From: an uncultured delta proteobacterium
Lineage (GTDB): Bacteria > Desulfobacterota > Binatia > UBA9968
Assembly: GCA_963804165.1 (NCBI GenBank)
Contig: CAWDPO010000041.1
Location: forward strand, 133,378-197,377
Direction: 5' to 3'
Length of the DNA: 64,000 bases
Positions 41,487 through 49,855 of the stretch are shown here, in pieces (the first letter of the stretch is position 1; the number at the start of each line of letters is the position of its first letter). Below the pieces are notes generated by a model. The model saw only the letters and a program-made list of their open reading frames with translations, was not told the origin of the DNA and did no database searches. Made by a program: the position numbers and the translations under genes.

Positions 41487-41990
41487 TCAGGCGTGATATA
41501 AATGAATCTTCTTGTCATCCTTCACATTGATCAGCAGCTCGGAGATGGTCACGCCGAGCTCCGGATGGATGACCTGTGGGGCAATTTCGCTGAGCGGGAT
41601 CAGCACGAATTTACGGGTCGGCATTTCCGGGTGAGGGATTTTGAGATTCTTCTTTTTTAAAACGGCCGAGTCGTAGAGAAGAATGTCCAAATCAATGATG
41701 CGAGCTCCCCAGCGCTTCTTGACTTTTTTGCGACCCATGGCGCGTTCGATGTTTTTGAACTTCTTGAGCAACATATCAGGCTTGAACTTGGTCTCGATCT
41801 CAACGGCGCCATTGACGTACCAATCTTTCGCGTCGCCCAAGGGTTCGCTCTCGTAGAGGGATGATTCCTTGATCACTTTTGTATCGGGCAACTTGGCGAG
41901 GCGATCCACCGCTTCCAAGAAGTTTTCCTTTTTGTTGCCCACGTTGGAGCCGATGCCGACGTAGACTTGATGGGCTATCGCGTTCGCCAT
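41487..41990 (-). CDS. folK: 6-hydroxymethyl-7,8-dihydropterin pyrophosphokinase
   Basis: YVGIGSNVG, RWGARIIDLDILLY, IPHP. Confidence 0.93.
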   Translation of the reverse strand: MANAIAHQVYVGIGSNVGNKKENFLEAVDRLAKLPDTKVIKESSLYESEPLGDAKDWYVNGAVEIETKFKPDMLLKKFKNIERAMGRKKVKKRWGARIIDLDILLYDSAVLKKKNLKIPHPEMPTRKFVLIPLSEIAPQVIHPELGVTISELLINVKDDKKIHLYHA

Positions 41991-42013
41991 GGTGCCGCTT
42001 CGGGGAAGGAGCT

Positions 42014-43186
42014 TTAGAGTTTGATCCGTCGAATCCTTTCTGCAACCTCTCGCAGTCGTTCCTTGTCAATGCAGACGGTAAAGCGAACATATCCCTCGCC
42101 CGCTTCGCCAAAACCATTGCCGGGCGTGGTCACCACTCCCGCCTCGTCGAGTAACTTGGTCGTAAAATCCGCCGACGAGAATCCTTTGGGGCAGGAAACC
42201 CAGACATAAAAAGTCGCCCGCGGCTTCTCACACTCCAGACCCACGGCGCGCAAACCGTCCACCAATATATCGCGCCGCTCCTGGTAGATCTTACGCGACG
42301 GCTCGACGATTTGATCGCCTAACCGCAGCGACTCGGTGCCGGCTTCTTGGATCGCTTGAAAAATGCCCGAATCCAAGTTCGATTTGGCCTGCGCCAAGCC
42401 GCCGACCAATTCGGGATTGCCTACGGCCATCCCAATGCGCCAGCCGGTCATATTGAAGGTTTTCGATAAAGAATGAAACTCAATCCCAACTTCCCGTCCG
42501 CCCTCAACTTCAAGAAAGCTCATTGGCCGATAACCGTCGTACCCCATTTCAGTGTACGCGGCGTCGTGGCAGACGATGACGTTATACCGATTGGCAAACG
42601 CAACCACGCGCTCGAAAAAGCTTTTGTCGGCAACCGCCGCCGTGGGATTATTCGGGTAATTGATCCATAGCAGCTTCGCCTGTTTGGCAACATCCGGCGG
42701 GATCGCGTCCAAGTCAGGCAAAAAGTGATTTTCTCTCTTTAACGGTAAAAAATAGTTTTTACCGCCGCTGAACGACGTGCCGATATGATAAACCGGATAA
42801 CAGGGGCTCGCGACCAAAACGACATCGCCTGGGTCGACGAACGCCACCGCCATATTGCCGATCCCTTCCTTGGAGCCGATCAAAGACACGACCTCAGTGC
42901 CGGGATCCAACTTGACGTTGAAGCGGTTCTTATACCAATTGGCGACTGCTTGGCGAAACTCCAACATGCCGGAACTGTTCGGGTAACGGTGGTTGACGGG
43001 TTTGCTGGCACCTTCCAAGAGTTTCTCGACTACGACGGCTGGGGTGGGAATATCCGGATCACCGATTCCCAGATCAATTAGATCCACTCCCTGAGATAAC
43101 GCCTGACGCTTTCGCCGGTCTATCTCGGCGAACAAATAAGGTGGCAACTCGTTGATTCGCCGTGCTTTTTTAATGGATAGGGACAA
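42014..43186 (-). CDS. dapL: LL-diaminopimelate aminotransferase
   Basis: LPPYLFAEID, LIGSKEG, NYPNNPT, SLSKTFNMTGWRIG. Confidence 0.82.
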   Translation of the reverse strand: MSLSIKKARRINELPPYLFAEIDRRKRQALSQGVDLIDLGIGDPDIPTPAVVVEKLLEGASKPVNHRYPNSSGMLEFRQAVANWYKNRFNVKLDPGTEVVSLIGSKEGIGNMAVAFVDPGDVVLVASPCYPVYHIGTSFSGGKNYFLPLKRENHFLPDLDAIPPDVAKQAKLLWINYPNNPTAAVADKSFFERVVAFANRYNVIVCHDAAYTEMGYDGYRPMSFLEVEGGREVGIEFHSLSKTFNMTGWRIGMAVGNPELVGGLAQAKSNLDSGIFQAIQEAGTESLRLGDQIVEPSRKIYQERRDILVDGLRAVGLECEKPRATFYVWVSCPKGFSSADFTTKLLDEAGVVTTPGNGFGEAGEGYVRFTVCIDKERLREVAERIRRIKL

Positions 43187-43300
43187 CTCGTCGATTCCTC
43201 CGTGTTAAAATCGCAACGGTTTTACCTGTTTTTTTGGGTTTTGACAACTGTCTTTGAAAACCTCATTCTAGAAATTGGCATCGCTCCCCAACGTTCACCT

Positions 43301-43795
43301 ATGGAAATTATCATTGACGGCTACAATTTAATCGGCAGCGAACATGGCCTGCACGGCGCGCTCGAACACAAACGCAATTGGCTTGTGCAGCAACTCGCGC
43401 AATATCAGAAGATCAAGCAATTTACCGTGACTGTTGTATTCGATGGCTGGCGCTCAGGGCAGACCCGCGAGGTTGCCGAAAAATTTGACGGTATATCGGT
43501 AATCTACTCGCGTCTCGGAGAAAAGGCAGACTCAGTCATTGTGCGTATGGCTCGCGAAAAATCCGCCGGCGCGGTTGTGGTCTCGTCAGACCGTGAAATT
43601 CGCAATGCGGTCGAACGGTCGGGAGCAGTGGCGGTTTCGGCGGATGAATTCAACCAGATTCTTCACTCATTGAATGGTCGGTACCGCGATGAGGAGGAGC
43701 TCGGGGACCCGCGAACGGCGAAAAGGGGTAATCCGAACCGCCTATCGAAGTCCGAGCACCGACGTAGCGAAAAGTTGAAGAAGTTAAAACTTTGA
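43301..43795 (+). CDS. NYN/YacP-like PIN-fold nuclease
   Basis: IIDGYNLI, VVFDG, ADSVI, VVSSDREI. Confidence 0.85.
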   Translation: MEIIIDGYNLIGSEHGLHGALEHKRNWLVQQLAQYQKIKQFTVTVVFDGWRSGQTREVAEKFDGISVIYSRLGEKADSVIVRMAREKSAGAVVVSSDREIRNAVERSGAVAVSADEFNQILHSLNGRYRDEEELGDPRTAKRGNPNRLSKSEHRRSEKLKKLKL

Positions 43796-43852
43796 ACGAG
43801 TCGCGGTTATAGTTCCGCGCGCTATTGCGCCACAACGATGAGGCGCGTCCTA

Positions 43853-43883
43853 ATTCTGCCTGAGCAGCTAACTCGGGCAGAAT
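43853..43883. terminator. Hairpin between convergent genes
   Basis: ATTCTGCCTGAG/CTCGGGCAGAAT. Confidence 0.55.
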
Positions 43884-43970
43884 CAGGCGCTGCGATGCGA
43901 CTACAAGACGAAATTACAGGTTCGTATCGGAAGGCCGTTGCGATCTGCTCGCCCCGGTCATTGCAAGAAA

Positions 43971-44666
43971 TCAGTTGTTTTGGGTCTTCTCGGTTCGACT
44001 CAATAGGCCATTATTAAAAATCAACACGGATCCGTCCGCATAAAACCAATGTTCTTCGGCGACCTTGGCCAGTCCGCGTAACTTCGTGACGCGCCTTGGC
44101 GGACCAAGCACCCGTTTTACCTCCGCAGTGTTCAATCCCGGCGTTGGTTGTTTTTTGATCGCCGCTTCTTTCACGGCCAGCGACCACGGTTGTGATCTTA
44201 TCCATTCGACTCTTTTCTTTTCCTCGCCCGTTTGTTCCTCCAACAGTCTTTTTTCATCGGCGAGAGGATCCGTGCTGAGAATCGTCGCGTTGAATTCCTC
44301 GAGGAATACTTCGGGTCGAATGTAGCCGACCTTTCCCGATTCAAACTTCACCTTATAAAACGGGTCCTTGTTCGTCCGTCCGGCGAGATCGGTAATTTCA
44401 AACGATTCGTTCCGGCCGGGGCTGAACGTAGCGGCATTCGCCGCTGGCGCGCTGAGAAAGATCGGTGACTTTGCGGTGTGTGGATTAAGCCAAAAAATTT
44501 TGCCGACGCGCGTTGCCAATGCATCGAGCTGTTTGTCCGTGTAATGGTTGGAAGACATGACCGATGTATTGATGGTCAAGAGAACCATCCAAACGATCAC
44601 GATCGAGCAAATCGTCTTAACCGAGTCGACGCTCTTATCTCTCTGGTACGGATATTTGGATTCCAT
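43971..44666 (-). CDS. Exported hypothetical protein with SmpA/BamE-like C-terminal motif
   Basis: Hydrophobic N-terminus; GLNTAEVKRVLGPP..EHWFY..LIFNNG. Confidence 0.65.
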   Translation of the reverse strand: MESKYPYQRDKSVDSVKTICSIVIVWMVLLTINTSVMSSNHYTDKQLDALATRVGKIFWLNPHTAKSPIFLSAPAANAATFSPGRNESFEITDLAGRTNKDPFYKVKFESGKVGYIRPEVFLEEFNATILSTDPLADEKRLLEEQTGEEKKRVEWIRSQPWSLAVKEAAIKKQPTPGLNTAEVKRVLGPPRRVTKLRGLAKVAEEHWFYADGSVLIFNNGLLSRTEKTQNN

Positions 44667-44802
44667 GCGAACGTCTCAACACCTTAACTTAACACTTACG
44701 ATTTGCTGCGCAATAATCTTTAGACGCTCGAGTGACGCAGATGTGAGTCCGTTCAAAGTTCCGCTATAGCAACGGGAGTGGTCGGGAGATAGTTCGTCGA
44801 AT

Positions 44803-44826
44803 AAAAAAGGGGGCGATAGCCCCCCT
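44803..44826 (-). terminator. Rho-independent terminator after tRNA
   Basis: Minus strand GGGGGC-TATC-GCCCCC-TTTTTT. Confidence 0.8.
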
Positions 44827-44832
44827 GTTGAT

Positions 44833-44909
44833 TGGTTGCGGGGCCGGGATTTGAACCCGGGACCTCAAGGTTATGAGCCTTGCGAGCTACCAGACTGCTC
44901 CACCCCGCG
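44833..44909 (-). tRNA. tRNA-Met(CAT), initiator type
   Basis: CGCGGGGTGGAGCAGTCTGGTAGCTCGCAAGGCTCATAACCTTGAGGTCCCGGGTTCAAATCCCGGCCCCGCAACCA; C1:A72 mismatch, CCA encoded. Confidence 0.95.
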
Positions 44910-44927
44910 TCAATGATTGGAGAAATC

Positions 44928-44956
44928 CTTCTACCTTGCGCTTCATGCGGAGTCAA
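44928..44956 (-). promoter_or_regulatory. Putative sigma70 promoter of the tRNA
   Basis: TTGACT-N17-TAGAAG. Confidence 0.55.
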
Positions 44957-44970
44957 GGTAGGTAAGCAGC

Positions 44971-45396
44971 ATGGGCGATAAACATCGAAACCCATTGCTC
45001 ACTGTCGACATTATTATTGAGATCGCCAACGGTGGAATTGTTCTAATTGAAAGAAAGAACCCACCGCACGGATGGGCATTGCCGGGCGGATTTGTTGATT
45101 ACGGTGAAAGCATCGAAACCGCCGCGGTGCGGGAAGCCAAAGAAGAAACTTCTTTAGATGTGGTCCTGACCGAGCAATTTTACACTTATTCGGATCCGGC
45201 ACGAGACGCTCGTCATCACACGGTCTCGACGGTATTTATTGCCAGCGCCGAAGGTGTTCCGCAAGGGGCTGATGATGCAAAAGTCGCGAGGCCATTTGAA
45301 GAAAATAATTTGCCAGCCCCGTTAGTCTTTGATCATGCGCGCATCCTGCGTGATTATTTCGCATTTAAAAAGACCGGGCACCGGCCAAAGCCTTAG
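44971..45396 (+). CDS. NUDIX hydrolase
   Basis: [33 protein letters not shown]. Confidence 0.9.
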   Translation: MGDKHRNPLLTVDIIIEIANGGIVLIERKNPPHGWALPGGFVDYGESIETAAVREAKEETSLDVVLTEQFYTYSDPARDARHHTVSTVFIASAEGVPQGADDAKVARPFEENNLPAPLVFDHARILRDYFAFKKTGHRPKP

Positions 45397-45406
45397 GGCG
45401 CGGAGT

Positions 45407-46603
45407 TCAGGTCAATTTCAGCGCAGCCTGGCGAATGCGCTCGCAACCTCTTTCAATATCCTCGAGCGAGGTCGCGTAAGAAAAGCGAATGTGCTCGTGG
45501 GAACCGAAATCTTCTCCCGGCACGCCGGCGACTTGTGCTTCTTCGAGCAGATAGTCGGCAAGGTCGCACGGCGAGCTGAGCTTTTTCCCTCGCCCGGTTT
45601 TGCCGAGCAATCCGCTGATGTTTGGAAACACGTAAAACGCGCCTTCGGGTTTGCGGCAAGTGATGCCGTCGATGGCGTTGAGCTTGTCGACGATCACGTC
45701 GCGCCGCTTGTGAAACTCGCGCACCATAACGGCAACTTCATCTTGTTGTCCGCGTATCGCTTCCAGGGCGGCGGCCTGGGCGATGGACGTCGTGTTTGAA
45801 GTGCTTTGGCTTTGAATTTTGCCGGCAGCCGCGATCACATCACTCGGGCCGAGTGCGTAGCCGATGCGCCATCCCGTCATCGCATAAGTCTTCGACACCC
45901 CGTTGACGATAATCGTGCGTTCGCGCAGCGCGGGGCAGAGCGTTACGATATTGTGGACCTGAAAGCCTTCGTAAACGATTTTCTCATAGATGTCATCGGC
46001 AAGAACCAGGCAATCGTGCTTTTCGAGGATCCTCGCCAGCGCTAGCAATTCATCCCGGCTGTAAGTGGCTCCGGTCGGATTGCACGGACTGTTCAAGATA
46101 AAGACCCGTGTGCGCGACGTCAGCGCCGCTTGAAGTTGCTCCGGTTTAATCCGAAAGCCGCTAGCCTCGTTTGACGGAATCAGCTTCGGCACGCCGCCCG
46201 CGAGTAAAGCCATGTCCGAATAGCTCACCCAATAAGGCGCCGGGATAACGACCTCGTCACCGAAGTTCACGACTGCTTGCAGAACGTTGTACAGCGAGTG
46301 CTTCGCACCACAGCTCACCAGGACGTCTTCCTTGCGATAGGCTAGATCGTGCTCCCGGCGGTATTTTTCAGTAATCGCTTCGCGCAGCGGCTCGATTCCC
46401 TTGACGTCCGTATATTTGGTCATGCCTCTACGCAGCGCGTCGACGGCGGCGGCTTTGATGCGCTCAGGGGTGTCGAAATCCGGCTCTCCTGCGGAAAAAT
46501 TAACGACGTCGATACCTTCGGCGCGAAGCTTACCGGCCTTCGCGGCGATCGCCAAAGTCACCGAAGGCTTGATCAGTTTGGTTCTTTCAGCGAGCTGAGT
46601 CAT
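45407..46603 (-). CDS. Class I/II PLP aminotransferase (aspartate aminotransferase-like)
   Basis: AGEPDFDTP, NSPCNPTG, GVSKTYAMTGWRIG. Confidence 0.9.
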   Translation of the reverse strand: MTQLAERTKLIKPSVTLAIAAKAGKLRAEGIDVVNFSAGEPDFDTPERIKAAAVDALRRGMTKYTDVKGIEPLREAITEKYRREHDLAYRKEDVLVSCGAKHSLYNVLQAVVNFGDEVVIPAPYWVSYSDMALLAGGVPKLIPSNEASGFRIKPEQLQAALTSRTRVFILNSPCNPTGATYSRDELLALARILEKHDCLVLADDIYEKIVYEGFQVHNIVTLCPALRERTIIVNGVSKTYAMTGWRIGYALGPSDVIAAAGKIQSQSTSNTTSIAQAAALEAIRGQQDEVAVMVREFHKRRDVIVDKLNAIDGITCRKPEGAFYVFPNISGLLGKTGRGKKLSSPCDLADYLLEEAQVAGVPGEDFGSHEHIRFSYATSLEDIERGCERIRQAALKLT

Positions 46604-46614
46604 TAAGCAAATCC

Positions 46615-47109
46615 TTAGCGCTTAAACTTTTGCTTGAGCTTTTTCAAAACGTTGTCGGGCACCAGGCCGGCAACGTTTCCGCCCAAGCTGACCACTTCCT
46701 TCACTAACCGCGAGCTGGTGTAAAATTCGGACTCACCGGTCATCATAAACAATGTCTCCAGCTGTGGTTTGAGACGGTGATTCATCATCGCCATTTGAAA
46801 TTCATACTCAAAGTCCGAAATCGCTCGAAGACCGCGGATAACGACCGTCGAGTGTTTCCGTTCGGTATAATCCACCAGCAAGCCTTGGAACGAATCGGCC
46901 TGGACCCGATCCTTAACGTCGGCGAAAACTTCATTGATCATCTGCAAACGCTCTTCGACAGAAAAAAGCGAGTGGTCCTTGTCCGGGTTGGTCGCGATGG
47001 CGACAATCACTTTGCCGAATACGCGCAGTGTGCGCTTGACCAAATCTACGTGGCCATTGGTGATCGGATCAAAGGAGCCGGGATAGATGGCAACATCATC
47101 AGGTGTCAT
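46615..47109 (-). CDS. coaD: Phosphopantetheine adenylyltransferase
   Basis: YPGSFDPITNGH, RGLRAISDFEYE. Confidence 0.96.
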   Translation of the reverse strand: MTPDDVAIYPGSFDPITNGHVDLVKRTLRVFGKVIVAIATNPDKDHSLFSVEERLQMINEVFADVKDRVQADSFQGLLVDYTERKHSTVVIRGLRAISDFEYEFQMAMMNHRLKPQLETLFMMTGESEFYTSSRLVKEVVSLGGNVAGLVPDNVLKKLKQKFKR

Positions 47110-47120
47110 AGCGACTTTCC

Positions 47121-47693
47121 TCAAGCAGCGGGATCGGTTTTCGCCGCGGATTTAAAAAACGACAGCAAAGTATCACCATATCGTCGTTGATCATGCAAGA
47201 TCAGAGCATCGTAGTTCGATTTTACATTTTCGCGCGCGCTATGCTCGGCCACTACGGTTCCCGCCGGAGTGAGTAGATCGCTGTGAGCAATCTGTTTAAG
47301 CGTGGCGCCGATCCACCGTTGGTCGTAAGGCGGATCAAGAAAGATCAGATCGAACGTTTCGCGCCGTTTGGCAAGCGATCGCAGCGCTCGCGCCACGGGT
47401 AAAACCCAGACCTGCGAGCGCTCGCTGAATCCGAGCCTGCCAAGATTTTTACGAATGGCGGCTGCGGACCGTTCTGAAGCTTCAACCAAGACCGCTCTTT
47501 CTGCTCCTCGGCTTAGCGCTTCGATGCTGACATTGCCGGTTCCGGCGAAAAGATCGAGCATAGCCATGTCGGAAAAATCGCGCGGCAAAATATTGAACAG
47601 CGACTGTTTTACCTTTCCGGCTGTCGGCCGCACCGCGTCGCCCTTGGGGACAACGAGACGGCGGCCCTTCGCCGTTCCACCGGTGATTCGCAT
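47121..47693 (-). CDS. rsmD: 16S rRNA m2G966 methyltransferase
   Basis: MRITGG, LDLFAGTG, IFLDPPY. Confidence 0.93.
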   Translation of the reverse strand: MRITGGTAKGRRLVVPKGDAVRPTAGKVKQSLFNILPRDFSDMAMLDLFAGTGNVSIEALSRGAERAVLVEASERSAAAIRKNLGRLGFSERSQVWVLPVARALRSLAKRRETFDLIFLDPPYDQRWIGATLKQIAHSDLLTPAGTVVAEHSARENVKSNYDALILHDQRRYGDTLLSFFKSAAKTDPAA

Positions 47694-47758
47694 TTGGTTT
47701 CAGCCGCGCAACGTGAGGTTGATTCTTGCTATGGGAAATTAATTAAGCGGCAAGCAGG

Positions 47759-48269
47759 TTAGTCGCCGATGCGCAAAACGATCTTGCCGAATGCCTCGCC
47801 TTTTTCCATCGGCCAGCGGCGTCTTGGAGCGCATACACTCTCCTCGAAGGACATGCCAGACGGAATCGAAAAGCAACTTTTTCCGGGTACTCTGACGTAT
47901 TCCGCATAAGTACCATTCTCCTGCTCACCCAAAACGCGTCGCTCGGCACACCTATGTTCGCGATCGGTGGCGCAAAAAATACAGCGACCGCAATCGTTGA
48001 GGGGATAGAGGCAGACGCTGTCGCCAAGTTTGACGTTGGTGACCGCCGAGCCCATGGCCACCACCGTGCCGGCTCGCGGTCTTTGCCGATGATACGCGGA
48101 AAGAAAGCCTCTGTGCCGACTTGGCCGGAGCGAATTCCAATATCGAGGCGATTGACGCCGCCGCCTTCTTAACGATGACGTCAGTCGGCGCTTTCAGTTC
48201 GGGATCGTCGGTCTCCACAAAACGCAATTGGTCGATGCCGCCCTGGCCATAAATCTGAACAGCCTTCAA
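47759..48269 (-). pseudogene. Degraded Zn-dependent alcohol dehydrogenase/quinone reductase
   Basis: MKAVQI..G, VNRLD and PRIIG in different frames; CGRCIFC..C; SFEE runs almost directly into the terminal FGKIVLRI, so the Rossmann domain is missing. Confidence 0.8.
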
Positions 48270-48413
48270 GAAAATGTCCTCGATGAAACATCAATTGCGT
48301 TAGCAAGATAAGCTAGGTGTGTCAAAGCGAGCCAAAAAAAGACGATGCTCAAACCTCGCGACCGTCTATTTCATCGGACGGAAACTGATCGTCGATCACG
48401 ACCTATCGGGAGC

Positions 48414-48764
48414 TTATGCGGAGAAGGAAGTGCCGCAACCGCAGGTGGCGGTGGCGTTAGGATTGCTGAATTTGAAGCCGCCGCCGTGAAGGCCGGTGAC
48501 GAAGTCGATAACTATACCGGCCAAGTACGGCGCGCTCGTCCTATCCACGTAAATTGTCACGCCGTCTAGTTCTAAAATTACGTCGTCAGGTTTCTGTTCT
48601 TTATCGAAACCTAGCTTGTACGAAAATCCGGAACAACCGCCGTCCGTGACGCCCACGCGCAGACCGTGGCCTTGGCGCTGGTCACGCGTCAGGAGTTTTT
48701 TGACCTGCTGTATGGCGCTGTCCGTTAAACTCAGGTCCAATGCCTTTTCATCCAAGGTTTGCAT
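48414..48764 (-). CDS. IscA/HesB A-type Fe-S carrier
   Basis: GGCSGFSY, FSNPNATATCGCGTSF. Confidence 0.92.
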   Translation of the reverse strand: MQTLDEKALDLSLTDSAIQQVKKLLTRDQRQGHGLRVGVTDGGCSGFSYKLGFDKEQKPDDVILELDGVTIYVDRTSAPYLAGIVIDFVTGLHGGGFKFSNPNATATCGCGTSFSA

Positions 48765-48850
48765 AATCCTAAACCGGTACTGCAAACAGGTTAATGCCCG
48801 GGAGGCACCATGTCAACCCGCCCGACACCGCTGGCGGGCCAAGAAGTCCA

Positions 48851-49777
48851 TCATTTTCCGAGTAACGCTCTGACAAAGTCAACCGGCTCGAAGGGTTGGA
48901 GATCTTCAACGTCTTCGCCGACGCCTATGTACTTCACCGGGACGCCGAGTTCCTCTTGGATACTGATGATAACGCCGCCTTTCGCCGTGCCATCGAGTTT
49001 GGTCAGGACAATACCGCTGATTTCTGTCGCCTCCTTGAAGACCCGCGCTTGTTGTAGGCCATTCTGTCCCGTCGTCGCGTCCAATACCAGCAACGTTTCA
49101 TGGGGCGCGCCCGGGAGTTCGCGGGTAATCACCCGGCGAATCTTTTTGAGCTCTTCGATCAGATGGAGCTTGGTGTGGAGGCGGCCGGCCGTGTCAATCA
49201 GCAGCACGTCTATACCGCGGCTTTTAGCGGCTTGCATGCCATCAAAAACCACGGCCGATGGATCGGCGCCCGGCCGATGCTTGACGACATCGACACCGAC
49301 CCGTTGTCCCCAGATATCGAGCTGCTCGATAGCTGCGGCACGAAACGTATCAGCCGCCACGAGCAGGACTTTTTTACCCGCGCTACGATATTGCGCGGCG
49401 AGTTTGCCGATCGTCGTCGTTTTGCCGACGCCGTTGACCCCGAGAAAAATAATCACCCACGGTTGAGCTAACAGTGACGCTCTAGCAGCCGGTGGAGCAG
49501 AACCTTGAAACATCTGGATCATGGTGGTCTGCAAGCGAGACGACATTTCTTCGGCCAAGTCTTCGGAGCCGTCAGGCGATTGCCGGCGCAGCGCCTCCAT
49601 AATTTTTGCGGTTGCTTTGACGCCCACGTCGGCGGCGATGAGGCTCTCTTCCATCGTGTCGAGCGCGTCCTCGTCCCACCAGCGATTTTGAAATATCGAG
49701 CCGATGTTCTGGAGCAAGTTCTCCCGACTCTTGGATAGACCCTGCTTTAAGCGTTGAAAAAATGATTCACCTGCCAT
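48851..49777 (-). CDS. ftsY: SRP receptor FtsY
   Basis: GVNGVGKTTTIGKLA, DTFRAAA, TKLDGTAKGG. Confidence 0.96.
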   Translation of the reverse strand: MAGESFFQRLKQGLSKSRENLLQNIGSIFQNRWWDEDALDTMEESLIAADVGVKATAKIMEALRRQSPDGSEDLAEEMSSRLQTTMIQMFQGSAPPAARASLLAQPWVIIFLGVNGVGKTTTIGKLAAQYRSAGKKVLLVAADTFRAAAIEQLDIWGQRVGVDVVKHRPGADPSAVVFDGMQAAKSRGIDVLLIDTAGRLHTKLHLIEELKKIRRVITRELPGAPHETLLVLDATTGQNGLQQARVFKEATEISGIVLTKLDGTAKGGVIISIQEELGVPVKYIGVGEDVEDLQPFEPVDFVRALLGK

Positions 49778-49855
49778 GCTAAGGACAGTCTTTCTGAGCG
49801 CGGCTTTGGAGTCAACGGGGTGAAAAATGAATCGGCAGCGGACGAGGATGAAATG

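Noticed and set aside
43971-44909. Genomic island integrated at the tRNA
   Set aside because: No integrase and no duplicated tRNA 3' end found in the window.
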